Positions 26,554-40,843 are shown, counted from the first letter of the stretch. The stretch: 64,000 nt of DNA from Octopus vulgaris (GCA_951406725.2 OX597824.1:81034001-81098000); one strand, 5' to 3'. Notes: generated from the sequence alone by a model not told the origin. Numbers and translations: made by a program.

Positions 26554-26709
26554 CGTATGCGTGTGTGTATGTGTGTGTGTGTGCATGAATGTGTGTGTAT
26601 ATATACTTATATATACATATGTATATATATACTTACATATATTTATATATACATATATATATATATTTCTCGTTTCAGCTCAGAGCTGCGGCCATGCTGA
26701 TGCACCGCC

Positions 26710-26766
<57 letters not shown>

Positions 26767-26797
26767 AACATATATATACATAAACATATATATACAT

Positions 26798-26905
<108 letters not shown>

Positions 26906-27168
26906 AACATATATATATATAACATATATATGCGCGTGTATATGTGTGCGTGGTCGCACATGCGTGCCTGTGTGTGACTGTGTGACTATATAGGTAGGTT
27001 GTATGCAATCATAAATGTATTTTTTTGTGTGTGCATCTTTGTATGTATGCATAACTGTATGTATGAATATATGTATATATATACACACACACATATATTT
27101 ATATATACATATATATATATACATATATGCATATATATTTGTATATATATACCTACATACATACATAC

Positions 27169-27238
<70 letters not shown>

Positions 27239-27849
27239 TTAAGTACATATGTATGCATTTTTGTATGTATATATATCTAGTAGTAAGTATATATGCATGG
27301 ATGTGCAAGAACGCATTATCCGGCAAATGTATATATATATCTATGTATGTCAGACACTATATCTTTCCGTACGCATGCGGATCTCTAAGTATGTATGCAA
27401 GTAAGTAAGGTCACCTTCCTTTTGAAAATTTGCCAGAACTAACTGCTGGTGACTTAATTCCATGCAGATTGGGGTTGCTTCTCAGTGGTGTAAGCAATTT
27501 CGCAAATAAACAGATATCACATTCACACAAACACACACACACACACACATACATACGCTCACACACATTCACATCTGTGTCTTCATGCATACAAACCATT
27601 TTGGTAAATTCCTCTATTCATTGATTCCCTATCAACTTCATTTCACATCTTTTCTGTATTCTTTTTTATTTGTTATATATATATATATGCATTTTTTGTT
27701 TTTTTTCAATTCTCGTTCCTTATCTCACCTCATTTTTTATCCTCTCTTGTATAAATGACCAATGGACGCAAAAAGTGTCACTCTCCAATAAGCTGTGGAA
27801 TTAATACCATCTCCGCGGTTCACAATGTTTTTCTATGGCTTTATCAACA

Positions 27850-28099
27850 TTATTATTAATGTTGTTGTTGTTGTTATCATCATCATCATCATCATTATCA
27901 TCAACATCATTACCATTATTATTATTATTTTTGTTCTTCAAATTTTCTTCCATTTCTCGCCGAGTGTCTTCTGTATCATCATCATCATCATCATCATCAT
28001 CATTATTATTATTATTACCATTATTATTATTATTATCTTTATTATTATTTTTTTCCTTCTTTCTTCACATTTTCTTCCATTGCTCGCCGAGTGTTTTCT

Positions 28100-28160
<61 letters not shown>

Positions 28161-28246
28161 CATCATTATTATTATTATTGTTATCATTATTATCATTATT
28201 ATTATTATCATCATTATTATTAATTATTATTATTATTATAATTATT

Positions 28247-28311
<65 letters not shown>

Positions 28312-28325
28312 CATTATTATCATCA

Positions 28326-28362
<37 letters not shown>

Positions 28363-28500
28363 CATTAGTATTATTATTATCATCATTATTAATTATTATT
28401 ATTATTATTATTATTATTTACATGATGATGATATTGATGGTCATGACGATGATGATGATGATGATGATGATGAGCATCATCATCATTATTATCGTTATGA
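27850..28500. repeat. (ATT)n/(ATC)n/(GTT)n compound trinucleotide tract
   Basis: Directly visible. Confidence 0.95.
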
Positions 28501-28952
28501 TTTTTTATTTATGTATTTATTTAGTTATCGTTTCCATTGGCTGCAGTGTAATTATTCCGGCCGATATCTCTTTGCACAAATAGGGTTTATTACTCGCACA
28601 TAATATCAATAAACCCCATACCTTATTTATTATCTTCTTTCTGTATAGCCCACATAAGACCTCACACATTCACACACACACACTTAGACATACACAGAGA
28701 CATACATGCACACGCGCACACGCACCATCCTCTTTCTCTCTCTCTCTCTTCTCATTTCTCTCTCTCTCTCTTCTCATTTCTCTCTCTCGCTTTCTCTCTC
28801 AGTTTCCTTCCTTCTCTTAACAATGAACCAAGACAGAAAACACACGACCACGGTCTATCACTTTCATTCAATTATAATCTTTTTGCCCCTGACCAAACTT
28901 TCTTTTGCCGCTTCCCCCTCTTTCTGTCTCTCTTTATTTAATCTACCTATGC

Positions 28953-29116
28953 ATGTATGTATGTATGTATGTATGTATGTATGTATGTATGTATGTATGT
29001 ATGTATGTATGTATGTATCTATTTATCTCTCTCTCTCTCTCTCTTTATATATATATATATATATATATATATCTGTGTGTCTGTCTATCTGTCTATCTAT
29101 CTATTTATCTACCTAC

Positions 29117-29186
<70 letters not shown>

Positions 29187-29187
29187 G

Positions 29188-29262
<75 letters not shown>

Positions 29263-29280
29263 GTCCGTCCGTCTGTCTAT
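28953..29280. repeat. (ATGT)n, (TA)n and (TATC)n microsatellites
   Basis: Directly visible. Confidence 0.95.
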
Positions 29281-29659
29281 CATAGCATCTCTTGTATTTT
29301 CATAACCTACTGATAGAGCTTTCTTGTTGCAAATGTAGAATTAATTTAGAATGAAAGACACAAAAACGAAATAAATAGAAGAAAAGTTGCTTCTGCGTCC
29401 ATGTGTGTGTGAGTGCATGTATGTTTGTGTGTGTACGTGTGTGTGTGTAAACATGTGTTGCTGCTTGAGTGTGTGTATATGTATGTGGGAATGCATGTGT
29501 ACATACGTATATATTTAATAAGGATGAAGGAACAAAGGAAGATGGAAGGCAACAACTCGCGAAGACATAAAGATATGCATACATATGTACGTACATACAT
29601 ATGTGCATAAATATGTGAGTGTATATGTGTGTTTGTGTGTATGAATATAAATATATATA

Positions 29660-29884
29660 TACTCTTTTACTCTTTACTCTTTTACTTGTTTCAGTCATTT
29701 TGACTGCGGCCATGCTGGAGCACCGCCTTTAGTCGAGCAAATCGACCCCGGGACTTATTCATTGTAAGCCCAGTACTTATTCTATCGGTCTCTTTTGCCG
29801 AACCGCTAAGTTACGGGAACGTAAACACACCAGCATCGGTTGTCAAGCAATGCTAGAGGGACAAACACAGACACACAAACACAT

Positions 29885-29929
<45 letters not shown>

Positions 29930-30095
29930 TACGACAGGCTTCTTTCAGTTTCCGTCTGCCAAATCCACTCACAAGGCATTGGTCGGCCCGGGCCTATAGC
30001 AGAAGACACTTGCCCAAGAGGCCACGCAGTAGGACTGAACCCGGAACCATGTGGTTGGTTAGCAAGCTACTTACCACACAGCCACTCCTGCGCCT
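29660..30095 (-). mobile_element. SINE family A, full length
   Basis: Complete head, body and (gagtaaaa)n tail. Confidence 0.9.
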
Positions 30096-30176
30096 ATATA
30101 TGTACGCATGTATTTTTTGTTGCATACATGAATACATATCTGTGTATGTATGCTTGTGTATGTTTATGTACGTGTA

Positions 30177-30292
<116 letters not shown>

Positions 30293-30326
30293 AGTAGATA
30301 GACATAGATAGATGTAGATAGATATT

Positions 30327-30364
<38 letters not shown>

Positions 30365-30368
30365 TATG

Positions 30369-30412
<44 letters not shown>

Positions 30413-30626
30413 TATGTATATATATCTTAAAAATTGAAAAATGACAAAAACAAGCTACAAATCCCAGCTGACCGCAACAGCAAATCTTTATTAGTAAAAA
30501 TAACATCAACAATGAAAACCTACCGCAGGGATGTAAACCCTCTAAGACAAATACAAGATGGTCAGAATTTTTGCTTTTATGTCGATAATATGGCATTGTA
30601 AGGCCTTGTGTGGACCTGTCCATGAG

Positions 30627-30679
<53 letters not shown>

Positions 30680-30680
<1 letters not shown>

Positions 30681-30946
30681 CTTTTTTTCCTCTTCCCCTT
30701 TTTTTCCCCCCTTTTTCTTCTTTTTTCATTTCTCTTTTCTTTTGTTCTTTTCCCTTTCTTTTTTCTTTTTTTTCTCTTTTATTCTTTTTATTTTTTATTC
30801 TATTTTTTTTTGTTCTTTTCTTCCCTTTTACGATCCCTCTTGATCGAAAACCTACGCCACCCCCTTTTTTTCATCCCCAAAAGAAAAGCTCTACCTTGTA
30901 ACTTGTCCCATCTGTGTGCAGCCCTGTGTGGTCAATAAAGAAACTT
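30680..30946 (+). mobile_element. Retroelement 3' end inserted in (TATC)n
   Basis: Near-identical to 63700-63881; ends aataaagaaac then resumes tatc repeats. Confidence 0.7.
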
Positions 30947-31171
30947 ATCTATCTATCTGTCTATCTATCTGTAACTATCTGTTATCTATTCTTCTATATG
31001 TTTCAATCTATAACTGATAAACGAGTCCTGTGTTAGTGTATCTCCCACATCAATGTATATAAATATATATATATGTTGTGCGCTTCATACTGCATTAAGG
31101 ATTTTAACTGTTAGTTCTTGGTATATCGGTGCTATTGATCACCCTCTGTCACCATTAGTGACGATCAAATT

Positions 31172-31335
31172 AGGCGCAGATGTGGCTATGTGGTAAGAAG
31201 CTTGTTTCCCAACCTCATGGTTCCGGGTTCAGTCCTACTGAGTGTCACCTTGGGCAAGGGTCTTGTTCTATAGCTTCAGGCCTACGAAAATCTTGTGAGT
31301 GGATTTGTTACACGGAAACTGAAAGAAGCCCGTCG
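31172..31335 (+). mobile_element. SINE family A 5' half, diverged
   Basis: Head and body motifs. Confidence 0.75.
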
Positions 31336-31611
31336 TGTATATATATCTATATGTCTGTGTTTGCACCCCCCATCAACGCTTGTTTTGTCTCTTTCCATAT
31401 AGAATCCAAATTTACAGAAAACAAAAGACGATGTTAAGTGTAGGAACAACAAGCCGGTGTATTATTAGTTTGATGCTCGGGAATAATGGAAAAGTGTTTG
31501 ATATTTCAAGCCGACGCTCTTCGATACAAAGGAATTAGAGGAAAAAAACTGGAGAGAGAACGAAAACCGAAATAACGGAGAAAATATATGTAGGGACTAA
31601 CCATTCAACAT

Positions 31612-31655
<44 letters not shown>

Positions 31656-32611
31656 TGCATTAAAACAAGCTGTTAAGTCCAAATTTTTTCTCGTTGACTT
31701 CTTGAAAAATTCTTATTTGATATTTGATAAGATGCAACAAAAATATTAAGCTTTCTCTAAAATATTCTGTTGTGCCTTTTCCAATTTAATTTACATTTTT
31801 AACCATAATTTTTGATTTGTATGGACGTTTAACCCCTATTGAACTATATATCTTTTGTATGTTTACTTGTTTCTGTCATTAGACTGTGGCCATGCTGGGT
31901 TACTACCTTGAAGAGTTTGTAGTAGAATGTATCGTGTCCAGTAGTTTGGGCTTTAAGCCTGGTCTTTAATCTTTCGATCACTTTTGCCAAACTGACATAA
32001 ACATACCAACAGTGGTTGTCAAGCGATGGAAGGGTGACAAACACACACACAGACACAGACACGCAGACACACATACACAGACACGCAGACAGACACACAC
32101 ATATATGTAGCCCATCGATAGTCTATGTTTCTCCATATTGAAAATTTACGTGTCATTATGTCATATCAAATGTGAAACACTTTTGCAGTGACTCGTTTCT
32201 TGTTTGTGGCTTCGGATTTTGTTTTCGTAACATTAAAATATATAATATCAAACCATAGGAAGCAGTCAAGAGGGAGACCACATATGTGGTTACCTTTATA
32301 AATATAATGTTACGTTGTAGGTAATGCATTGACGGGATATAATCTACTATTTAATGTAGTGTGAAATAGGATATATATATAAATGCATATAGCATAATGT
32401 GCCAACATATAAAAAGATTAGAATCAAAGCAGTCCATATTCGATCGGATCAGATTAAATAAGTTGGGATTATCCGCTTGCAATTAAAATGCTGGACAGAT
32501 ATAAAAGTACATACATTTGTACATACATACATGCATGCATACATACATACATAGTGATATATGTGTATATATGTATGCGTGTATATGTATATACGTATAT
32601 ATTATATATAT

Positions 32612-32840
32612 ATTTTTTATTGCCCACAGGGGACTAAACATAGAGGGGACAAACAAGGACCGACAAAGGGATTAAGTCGATTATATCGACCCCAGTGCGT
32701 AACTGGTACTTATTTAATCGACCCCGAAAGGATGAAAGTCAAATTCGACCTCGGCGGAATTTGAACTCGGAACGTAAAGACAGACGAAATACCGTAACGC
32801 ATTTAGTCCGGCGTGCTAACGTTTCTGCCAGCTCGCCGCC
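32612..32840 (-). mobile_element. SINE family B
   Basis: Matches 17641-17871. Confidence 0.85.
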
Positions 32841-33228
32841 ATAATATATAATACGTATATATTGTACATGTTTGTTAAGTCAACATGCACTGGGGTTGAT
32901 GTAATGGTCTAGTCCACTCCTCCAATATTTCGGACCTTATGCTCATAGTGCAAACTACTATACGTGATTGCATCTCTCTCGTCGAAGATGATGTATAAGA
33001 GTTCAGATTTTACGTAACGACCTGCACAAACGGATTGTTTACAGTGATTAAATGTATGTGTTGTACTTTAGCTCACTTCTTGTATAAAATCGACGGTTTC
33101 TGAACAGGTGCATAAGTGTACCATGTCGGAGTGATCGCAGAGTAACGTGAGATAAAGTATTTTGCACGACGCACCATCCGGTCTAGGAAGTGAAACCACA
33201 TTCTCGCGATCATGAGTGCAATACGCTA

Positions 33229-33292
33229 ACCACTAGGACATGCGTCCTCAGTAGTATATATATGTGTGTATATATATATATACACACACACA

Positions 33293-33324
<32 letters not shown>

Positions 33325-33433
33325 CGCACATGCATACACACACGAACACGCACATACACACATACACACAGCACACACACACACAACACACACATATATA
33401 TATATCTACCACTAGGACATGCGTCCTAAGTAG

Positions 33434-33467
<34 letters not shown>

Positions 33468-33469
33468 TG

Positions 33470-33516
<47 letters not shown>

Positions 33517-33620
33517 GCACATACATACACACACGAACATGCACATACACACATACACACAACACACACACAGCACACACATATATATATATCTACCACT
33601 AGGACGTGCGTCCTAAGTAG

Positions 33621-33682
<62 letters not shown>

Positions 33683-33782
33683 CGCACATACATACACACA
33701 CGAACATGCACATACACACACATACACACAGCACACGCACAGACACACAGCACACACACACACATATATATATATATCTACA
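33229..33782. repeat. About 180-bp tandem repeat (3 units) anchored on a SINE 5' end
   Basis: accactaggac(a/g)tgcgtcct(c/a)agtagta at 33229, 33408 and 33595, each followed by the same microsatellite mosaic. Confidence 0.85.
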
Positions 33783-33840
33783 CGATCGTACAAGCGCACA
33801 CATATGTAAAGTGTTGTAAGCCGGTGGAGGATGCATCATG

Positions 33841-33965
33841 TAATTCGGTTAACTGAAAGCAGCTGGTCTGAAAGTAAATTTTCCACACATGATAGGCACC
33901 TGTTTCATCTTTGTACCACGTGCGAAATATTTGTTTCAATCAGCTGGCTTCACCTAACCGAATTA
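33841..33965. repeat. 125-nt imperfect hairpin
   Basis: taattcggtta...cagctgg..tgaaa pairs with tttca..cagctg...taaccgaatta. Confidence 0.75.
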
Positions 33966-34194
33966 AATTTTATGCATACGCGCATGTAAGTATGTATGTA
34001 TGTATGTATGTACATGGCATATAATTACATTTGTTAATTTATTTATGTATGCGTACGTGTATATGCATTTATATGTACATATATGCATGTATAATCGTAT
34101 ATACATATATTGAGAACAGCTACTGTATATTTATATATATATATAAACATATAGATGTATGTGTGTGTTTGAATAATTATATATATATTTGTAT

Positions 34195-34229
<35 letters not shown>

Positions 34230-34438
34230 GATATAGATAGATAGATAATTCATAATATCAAAGGGTAATCTGAAATATTAGAAATTTCTATTGCCAGTGG
34301 CCTACCGTGTAAAAATTTAGTCAATAGGCTATATATTATTCATATAAATACATATATCTTATAAATACATGCATTATATATTATTCATATAAATCTACAC
34401 TGTATATATATATACTCATAAATGCATATATCTTTATA

Positions 34439-34670
34439 TACGTTGTTTGATCAATAAGTATCCGGTCTGTTGCCATAGTGATGAACCTAAAGCATGCAGA
34501 GTGAAGCTGCTGGGCACAGATTAACTTTGAACTCCGCTGAGCATTAAGTTTTAACTTTCTGGCTCACATCTACTGCCTACAGCTTGGAAAGAAGGCGTAT
34601 AGCTCGTGATCTTCGCATTGACCATGACAAAGCTGAGCAGAGAATCTACATCAAATTTTACCAAAAGCAT
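34439..34670 (+). mobile_element. mariner 5' end remnant
   Basis: TIR-like ta-cgttgtttgatcaataagtatccgg; gagcagagaatctacatcaaattttaccaaaagc reads EQRIYIKFYQK, resembling a mariner N-terminus. Confidence 0.6.
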
Positions 34671-34785
34671 ATATGCCAAAAGCACACACACACACATATG
34701 GATAAGTATGCTTTGTCTATATATGCATAAACATTCTTCTATGACTTGATTGTACTGCATTTGTATAATTTTAACGTCTGAAGCT

Positions 34786-35195
34786 AGGCGCAGGAATGGC
34801 TGTGTGGTAAGTAGCTTGGTTACCAACCACATGGATCCAGGTTCAGTCCCACTGCGTGGCACCTTGGGCAAGTGTCTTCTACTATAGCCTCGGGCCGACC
34901 ACAGCCCTGTGAGTGGATTTGGTAGACGGAAACTGAAAGAAACCCGTCGTATATATGTATATATATGTATGTGTGTGTTTTTATGTCTGTATTTGTCCCC
35001 CCAACATCACCTGACAACCGATTCTTGTGTGTTTGCGTCCCAGTAACTTAGCGGTTCGGAAAAAGAGACCGGTAGAATAAATACTAGGCTTACAAAGAAT
35101 AAGTTCTGGGATCGATTTGTTCGACTAAAGGCGGTGCTCCAGCATGGCCGCAGTCAAATGACTGAAACAAGTAAAAGAGTAAAGCGTAAAAGAGA
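34786..35195 (+). mobile_element. SINE family A, full length
   Basis: Complete element flanked by a diverged duplication of about 45 bp (34741 and 35200). Confidence 0.9.
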
Positions 35196-36304
35196 ATATA
35201 TGACTTGATTGTGCTCCATTTGTATAATATTAGCATCTAAAGCTTCTTATATCTTCCCTATTTGATTTTTGATTACAATTATTTAAACTTCTGAAATAAT
35301 GTGACAACTTGTAGATAAAAGTATTTACAAAATAAATCTCGGTGTGAATATTCAACTGTAAAGATTCCATTCTGTGCCATCCCTTCCTAAAGCAACTGTT
35401 AGAAAGCGTATCAGGTATACAGACATTTAGCTTTAAGTACAAAACATAAATACACCTATAAACGTGCGAAATCGTCTGATGTTTTCATGCTTTAATACCG
35501 AATAAGTTATATAACCGTTTCTTCTAAATTGTTTATTTGTAGAGTTACAGACTCTCTTTCAGATAAGTACATAACAAAAACGTTTTATCACTTACTAAAC
35601 CATCCGTTTTAAAAGAAATCGTAACAACGCGTACATCGACTCAAACACTTAGAAGAGCACCCAACCACGTAATTAACCAAATATTTCTAACGCAATTTAT
35701 ATGCCATATTTATTGTACATGCATATGGACGATGTGTTAAAACACTAAATATCGAACGGAGACGGAAAATCGCACCAAAAGCAGCCGGCGAGAACATGAC
35801 TGCATTTCGCCATTTTTTAGCCTGTTCAATAACGTCTAATCGAAGGAAGCACAGTGCTTCTATGAGAATTCATTGCCTCCGATATATAGGAAACCGTAGA
35901 ATTCTCAGCCAAATGTGTAGATGAAGGTATCACATGTTCTGCTGACGCCAATAAAAGAGAGATAGATATGTAACTTATTTTCTCGTCTCTCTTAACGTTC
36001 TGAGCACAAATTCCACCGAAGTCGCTTTTGACTTTCATCCTTTCGGGGGTCGATAAATTAAGTACCAGTTGCGTACTGAGGATGATCTAACCGATTGGCC
36101 CTCTCCAAAAAATTGGGACCTTGTAACGTATTTTCTAACGTTTTTTCTTGCACCATTCAAATCGCTTGCACTTGCTGCAAATCATATTTTGATATTTTTG
36201 CGAGTATTCTCATTCTGCATTGTGACACTACTTCTGAAAATCATTTGTTTGAAAAGTTGGAAGCATGAAGTTCAAAGTTATTCTTTAGATGCGTCAGATT
36301 CTAA

Positions 36305-36946
36305 TACATACATACATACATACATGCATACATACATACATACATACATACATACATACATACATACATACATACATACATACATACATACATAAATACA
36401 TACATACATAATTGCATGTATATAGTAGTAATAGCAGTAGTGAATTAAAACGCGCATACTTGTATTATATATGTGTATGGATATACATATATATATGCAC
36501 ACACACATGATTACATATATACATGTATACATACATAAAAAACATGCATGCATACATACATATATACTTAAATGCATGCATATATTCATGCATACATACA
36601 TGCATATATACATGCATGCATACATACATGTATACACATATATATACATGCATACATACATGCATACATGCATGCATACATACATACATGCATAATACAT
36701 ACATGCATGCATACATTCATACATACATGCAAACGCACATACATACATGCATTCATACATGCACACATGCATAATACATGCATGGATACATACGTATATA
36801 CATACATTCATATACTCATGCATACATACGTATATATATATGGATATACATGAGTATATGCATACATGCGTATATACATACATGCATACATATGGATATA
36901 CATACGTACATGCATACAAACGTGTGTATATACGTACGTGCATACA
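36305..36946. repeat. (TACA)n and degenerate CATA/CATG low-complexity tract
   Basis: Directly visible. Confidence 0.9.
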
Positions 36947-37335
36947 TGATGGCTGCACCCCCCTCGTTATCGAGTATGGCTATTGCACGAAGCTTAACTG
37001 TTATTGGTGCTGTAATCGATTGTGACTTTTTAGCCCAACTAAAAATCTACGATGTCTTGTACAAAATTGGCAGCTAAAACCGTTACTGGTAATAGCCGGC
37101 CATTTACACACATACATACATACATACACGTATGCATATATATGTTAGTAATTGTGAATTAAAACGTGCATACTTGTATTATGTACGTGCATGCATAAAT
37201 TACACATAAAATGTGAAATATAACCCAATGTGTTTAGATAGACACGTGTAATTTAACACATTGTGTATTTAAGGTCCAAATAACGGAATTTTGGCTTCAA
37301 AATTGATTTCAGATATAAAATTAAACTCATCAATT

Positions 37336-37735
<400 letters not shown>

Positions 37736-38154
37736 TTTTCATTAAAATGTAATTAAGTGACAGATCTGAGAACAGATGGTGCTTTAATTAGTTTAACAAT
37801 AGTTTATTCGGTAAACCAACGGGGAAACCTGCTTGCCGTATATCAAATAACACTAACAACATTCTGACCGTCAATTGTGCCATCAATCCAGCGTCACGAG
37901 CAGCATTGTCACCAACTCAACAACCATCCCTTCCTACCAATACCGTTGCCGCCGGCAACAGCAGAAGTTATTGTTATTATCTTCGTTCTCAAATATATAG
38001 GGATCCATATACAAATGCTTAACAAAAATATTCCGACACCCAAAATCATATAATAGTTACAGGTAGACTCACATTGAGATTTATGATTTTAGGATTGAAA
38101 AAAAAAAAAAAAACTGTCATGGGATTTAAACGATTTCATGATTACAGAATATAG

Positions 38155-39526
38155 CTTTCCATCCTTTCGGTGTCGTTAACTTAAATACCAGTTTCGCACT
38201 GGGGTAGACATAATCGACCGATTCAGTTTCCCAAAATTGCTGCTCTTCTGGCAAAATTTTAAATTATTATTACACAATAAAGAAGGCTGCGAGCTAGACG
38301 AAATGCTTAGCAGAAACGTTAGCACGCCGGGCGAAATGCGTAGCTGTATTTCGTTTGCCGCTACGTTCTGAGTTCAAATTCCGCCGAGGTCGACTTTGCC
38401 TTTCATCCTTTTGGGATCGATAAAGTAAGTACCAGTTACGCACTGGGGTCAATGTAATCGACTTAATCCGTTTGTCTGTCCTTGTTTGTCCCCTCTGTGT
38501 TTAGCCCCTTGTGGGTAGTAAAGAAATAGAAATAGGTATTTCGCCCGCCTCTACGTTCTGAGTTGAAATTGCGCTGAGGTTGACATTACCTTACATCCTT
38601 TCGGAGTCGGTAGATTAACTACCAGTGAAACAATGTGGTCAGTATAATCGACTACACTTCGCCCCCAAATTTAAGGCCTTGTGCCTATTATAGTAAGGAC
38701 TATTACACAATATAGCTTTCATTTTTTTGAGGTCGATAAATTAAGTACCAGTAATCGACTCATCCCCTCTCTTAAAATTGCTGGTCTTGTGGCAAAATTT
38801 GAAACAATTATTACGCAAATAAAAGGCGGCGAGCTGGCAGAATCGTTAGCACGCCGGGCGAAATGCTTAGCGGTATTTCGTCTGCCGTTACGTTCTGAGT
38901 TCAAATTTCGCCGAGGTCGACTTTGCCTTTCATCCTTTTGGGGTCGATAAAATAAGTACCAGTTACGGACTGGGGTCGATATAATCGACTTAATCCGTTT
39001 GTCTGTCCTTGTTTGTCCTCTCTGTGTTTAGCCCATCGTGGGTAGTAAAGAAATAGGTATTTCGTTTACAGCTACGCACGTTCTGGTTTCAAAACCCACC
39101 GAGGTCGACTTTGCCTTTCATCCTTTCGGGGTCGATTAAATAAGTACCAGTTACGCACTGGAGTCGATGTAATCGACTTAATACCTATGTCTGTCCTTGT
39201 TTGTCCCGTCTATGTTTAGCCCCTTGTGGGTAATAAAGAAATAGGTATTTCGTCTGCCGCTACGTTCTGAGTCCAAATTCCGCCGAGGTCGACTTTGCCT
39301 TTCATCCTTTTGGGGTCGATTAAATAAGTTCCAGTTACGCACTGGGGTCGATATAATCGGCTCAATCCGTTAGTCTGTCCTTGTTTGTCCTCTCTGTGTT
39401 TAGTCCCATGTGGGTAGTAAAGAAATAGGTATTTCGTTTGCAGCTACGCGCGTTCTGGTTTCAAAACCCACCGAGGTCGACATGGCCGCAGTCAAATGAT
39501 TGAAACAAGTAAAAGAATAAAAGAAT
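38155..39526 (+). mobile_element. Cluster and tandem array of SINE family B, ending in a family A tail
   Basis: About eight B-core copies; head-to-tail units at 38872, 39056, 39244 and 39428; fused at 39481 to catggccgcagtcaaatgattgaaacaagtaaaag. Confidence 0.9.
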
Positions 39527-40329
39527 GTTTATATACGCATGTGTATATAAATAGATATATGTTTGTTCGCACATATATATATATATATACGTCTGTATAT
39601 ACATACACTGGTACTAGTATGTATGTGTTTATGTGTTTATGCATGTTGATAAGACATTTTCACACATGGTTGGACGAATTTATATGCGCTAATAAGAAAA
39701 TTACTTGTGCAGAAACGGAAAAAAACCCCCAAAGGCCACAAGGCCAAAAGTTCAAAACACGAAAGAACATCTATCCAACAACGAGCTCAACTAGTAAGTA
39801 TTGACATACGTGAGTAAACAACAAACAAATACATAGACAAGATCATACTACGAACAAAAGCACTGTTCATGAAGCGCAAAAAGCGTACATAACATTATCA
39901 TAATTAAAACGACTAATGCTACTACTTGTACTATGTTTTGTGCTAATTAAAACGACACACCATACAAAATTCAGACAGCGTTAACTGTGATACAAAAACA
40001 AAAGCAATATAATTAGTTGTAAAACTAATAGAAGGTTCACCTTAGTACGAAGCGGAGCAGATGACAGCCTGTCATCGATAAGGCTACAGGTAGAAAACAA
40101 ATGATTAGTAGATCAAGTATTCGATCATCCAATTGATTAGTTAATTAGCCACTTAGTGAACTGATTACAACGCAACGACATCAAAGCAAGAAAAACGGTA
40201 GACAAAAAATTAGAAAATATAATCGACCAGACGTAACGATTATAGATAAGGAAAAGCGAAGAAGTTGCTTACGTATCGATCCATCATGCTCGTTTGATTC
40301 CAGGACCGTAAAGAAAGAGGAAGAGAAAT

Positions 40330-40502
40330 GAAAAAGAAGAAAAAAATACAATCACTTAAAATTTGAAATTGGAAGAATTTGGAGCATGCAAACAACAGGG
40401 GTCGTACCTATAATAATTAGTGCGTTGGGAGCAGTAAGCCAAAATATAAACAAGTGGCTGAAGGAGAATGAAATAGAATGCTCGGTAGAACTCCTACTGT
40501 AA
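40330..40502 (+). pseudogene. R4/Dong-like non-LTR retrotransposon restriction-like endonuclease C-terminal remnant
   Basis: Translates LKFEIGRIWSMQTTGVVPIIISALGAVSQNINKWLKE, matching the L..EI.R.W...VP(I/V)(I/V)IGALG pattern. Confidence 0.7.
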
Positions 40503-40519
40503 AGAGTAAAAAAAACTCC

Positions 40520-40843
40520 CTTGGTCATGGTGCCTATGGGATTGCACCTAGAAATTTTCCCTCCGAAGCACAAGTCCGGGCAAGGTTGTTTTTGGAAGAC
40601 CAGCAGTCACCCATGGACACCAGCCTCTCCTCTCTACGCCACTGATGTTGTCCACTGGAAAAGCAAAGGCCGATACAGCTTGGCACGAGGGACATTACGA
40701 TTCATTTCTACAGTTGAATGAACTGGAGCAACGTGAAATAAAGTGTCTTGCTCAAGGTCGCAACACAGCCTGGTGTGGGAATGAAACTCACAACCACATT
40801 ATTGTAAGCCCAATGCTCTAAGCACTTAGCCATATGCCTTCAC
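40520..40843 (-). mobile_element. Diverged tRNA-derived SINE family D
   Basis: Minus-strand head gtgaaggcatatggctaagtg and core ccttgagcaagacactttatttcacgttgctccagttca. Confidence 0.65.

Noticed and set aside
31495-31535. Functional hammerhead on the minus strand (TCGAAGA-gc..gct-GAAA)
   Set aside because: Core and stems are too decayed; at most a dead relic. The same applies to candidates near 18710 and 22930-22960.
37760-37980. Possible enhancer with homeodomain-like sites (TAATTA, CCATCAATC)
   Set aside because: Short motifs are expected by chance in AT-rich DNA; not supportable without conservation data.
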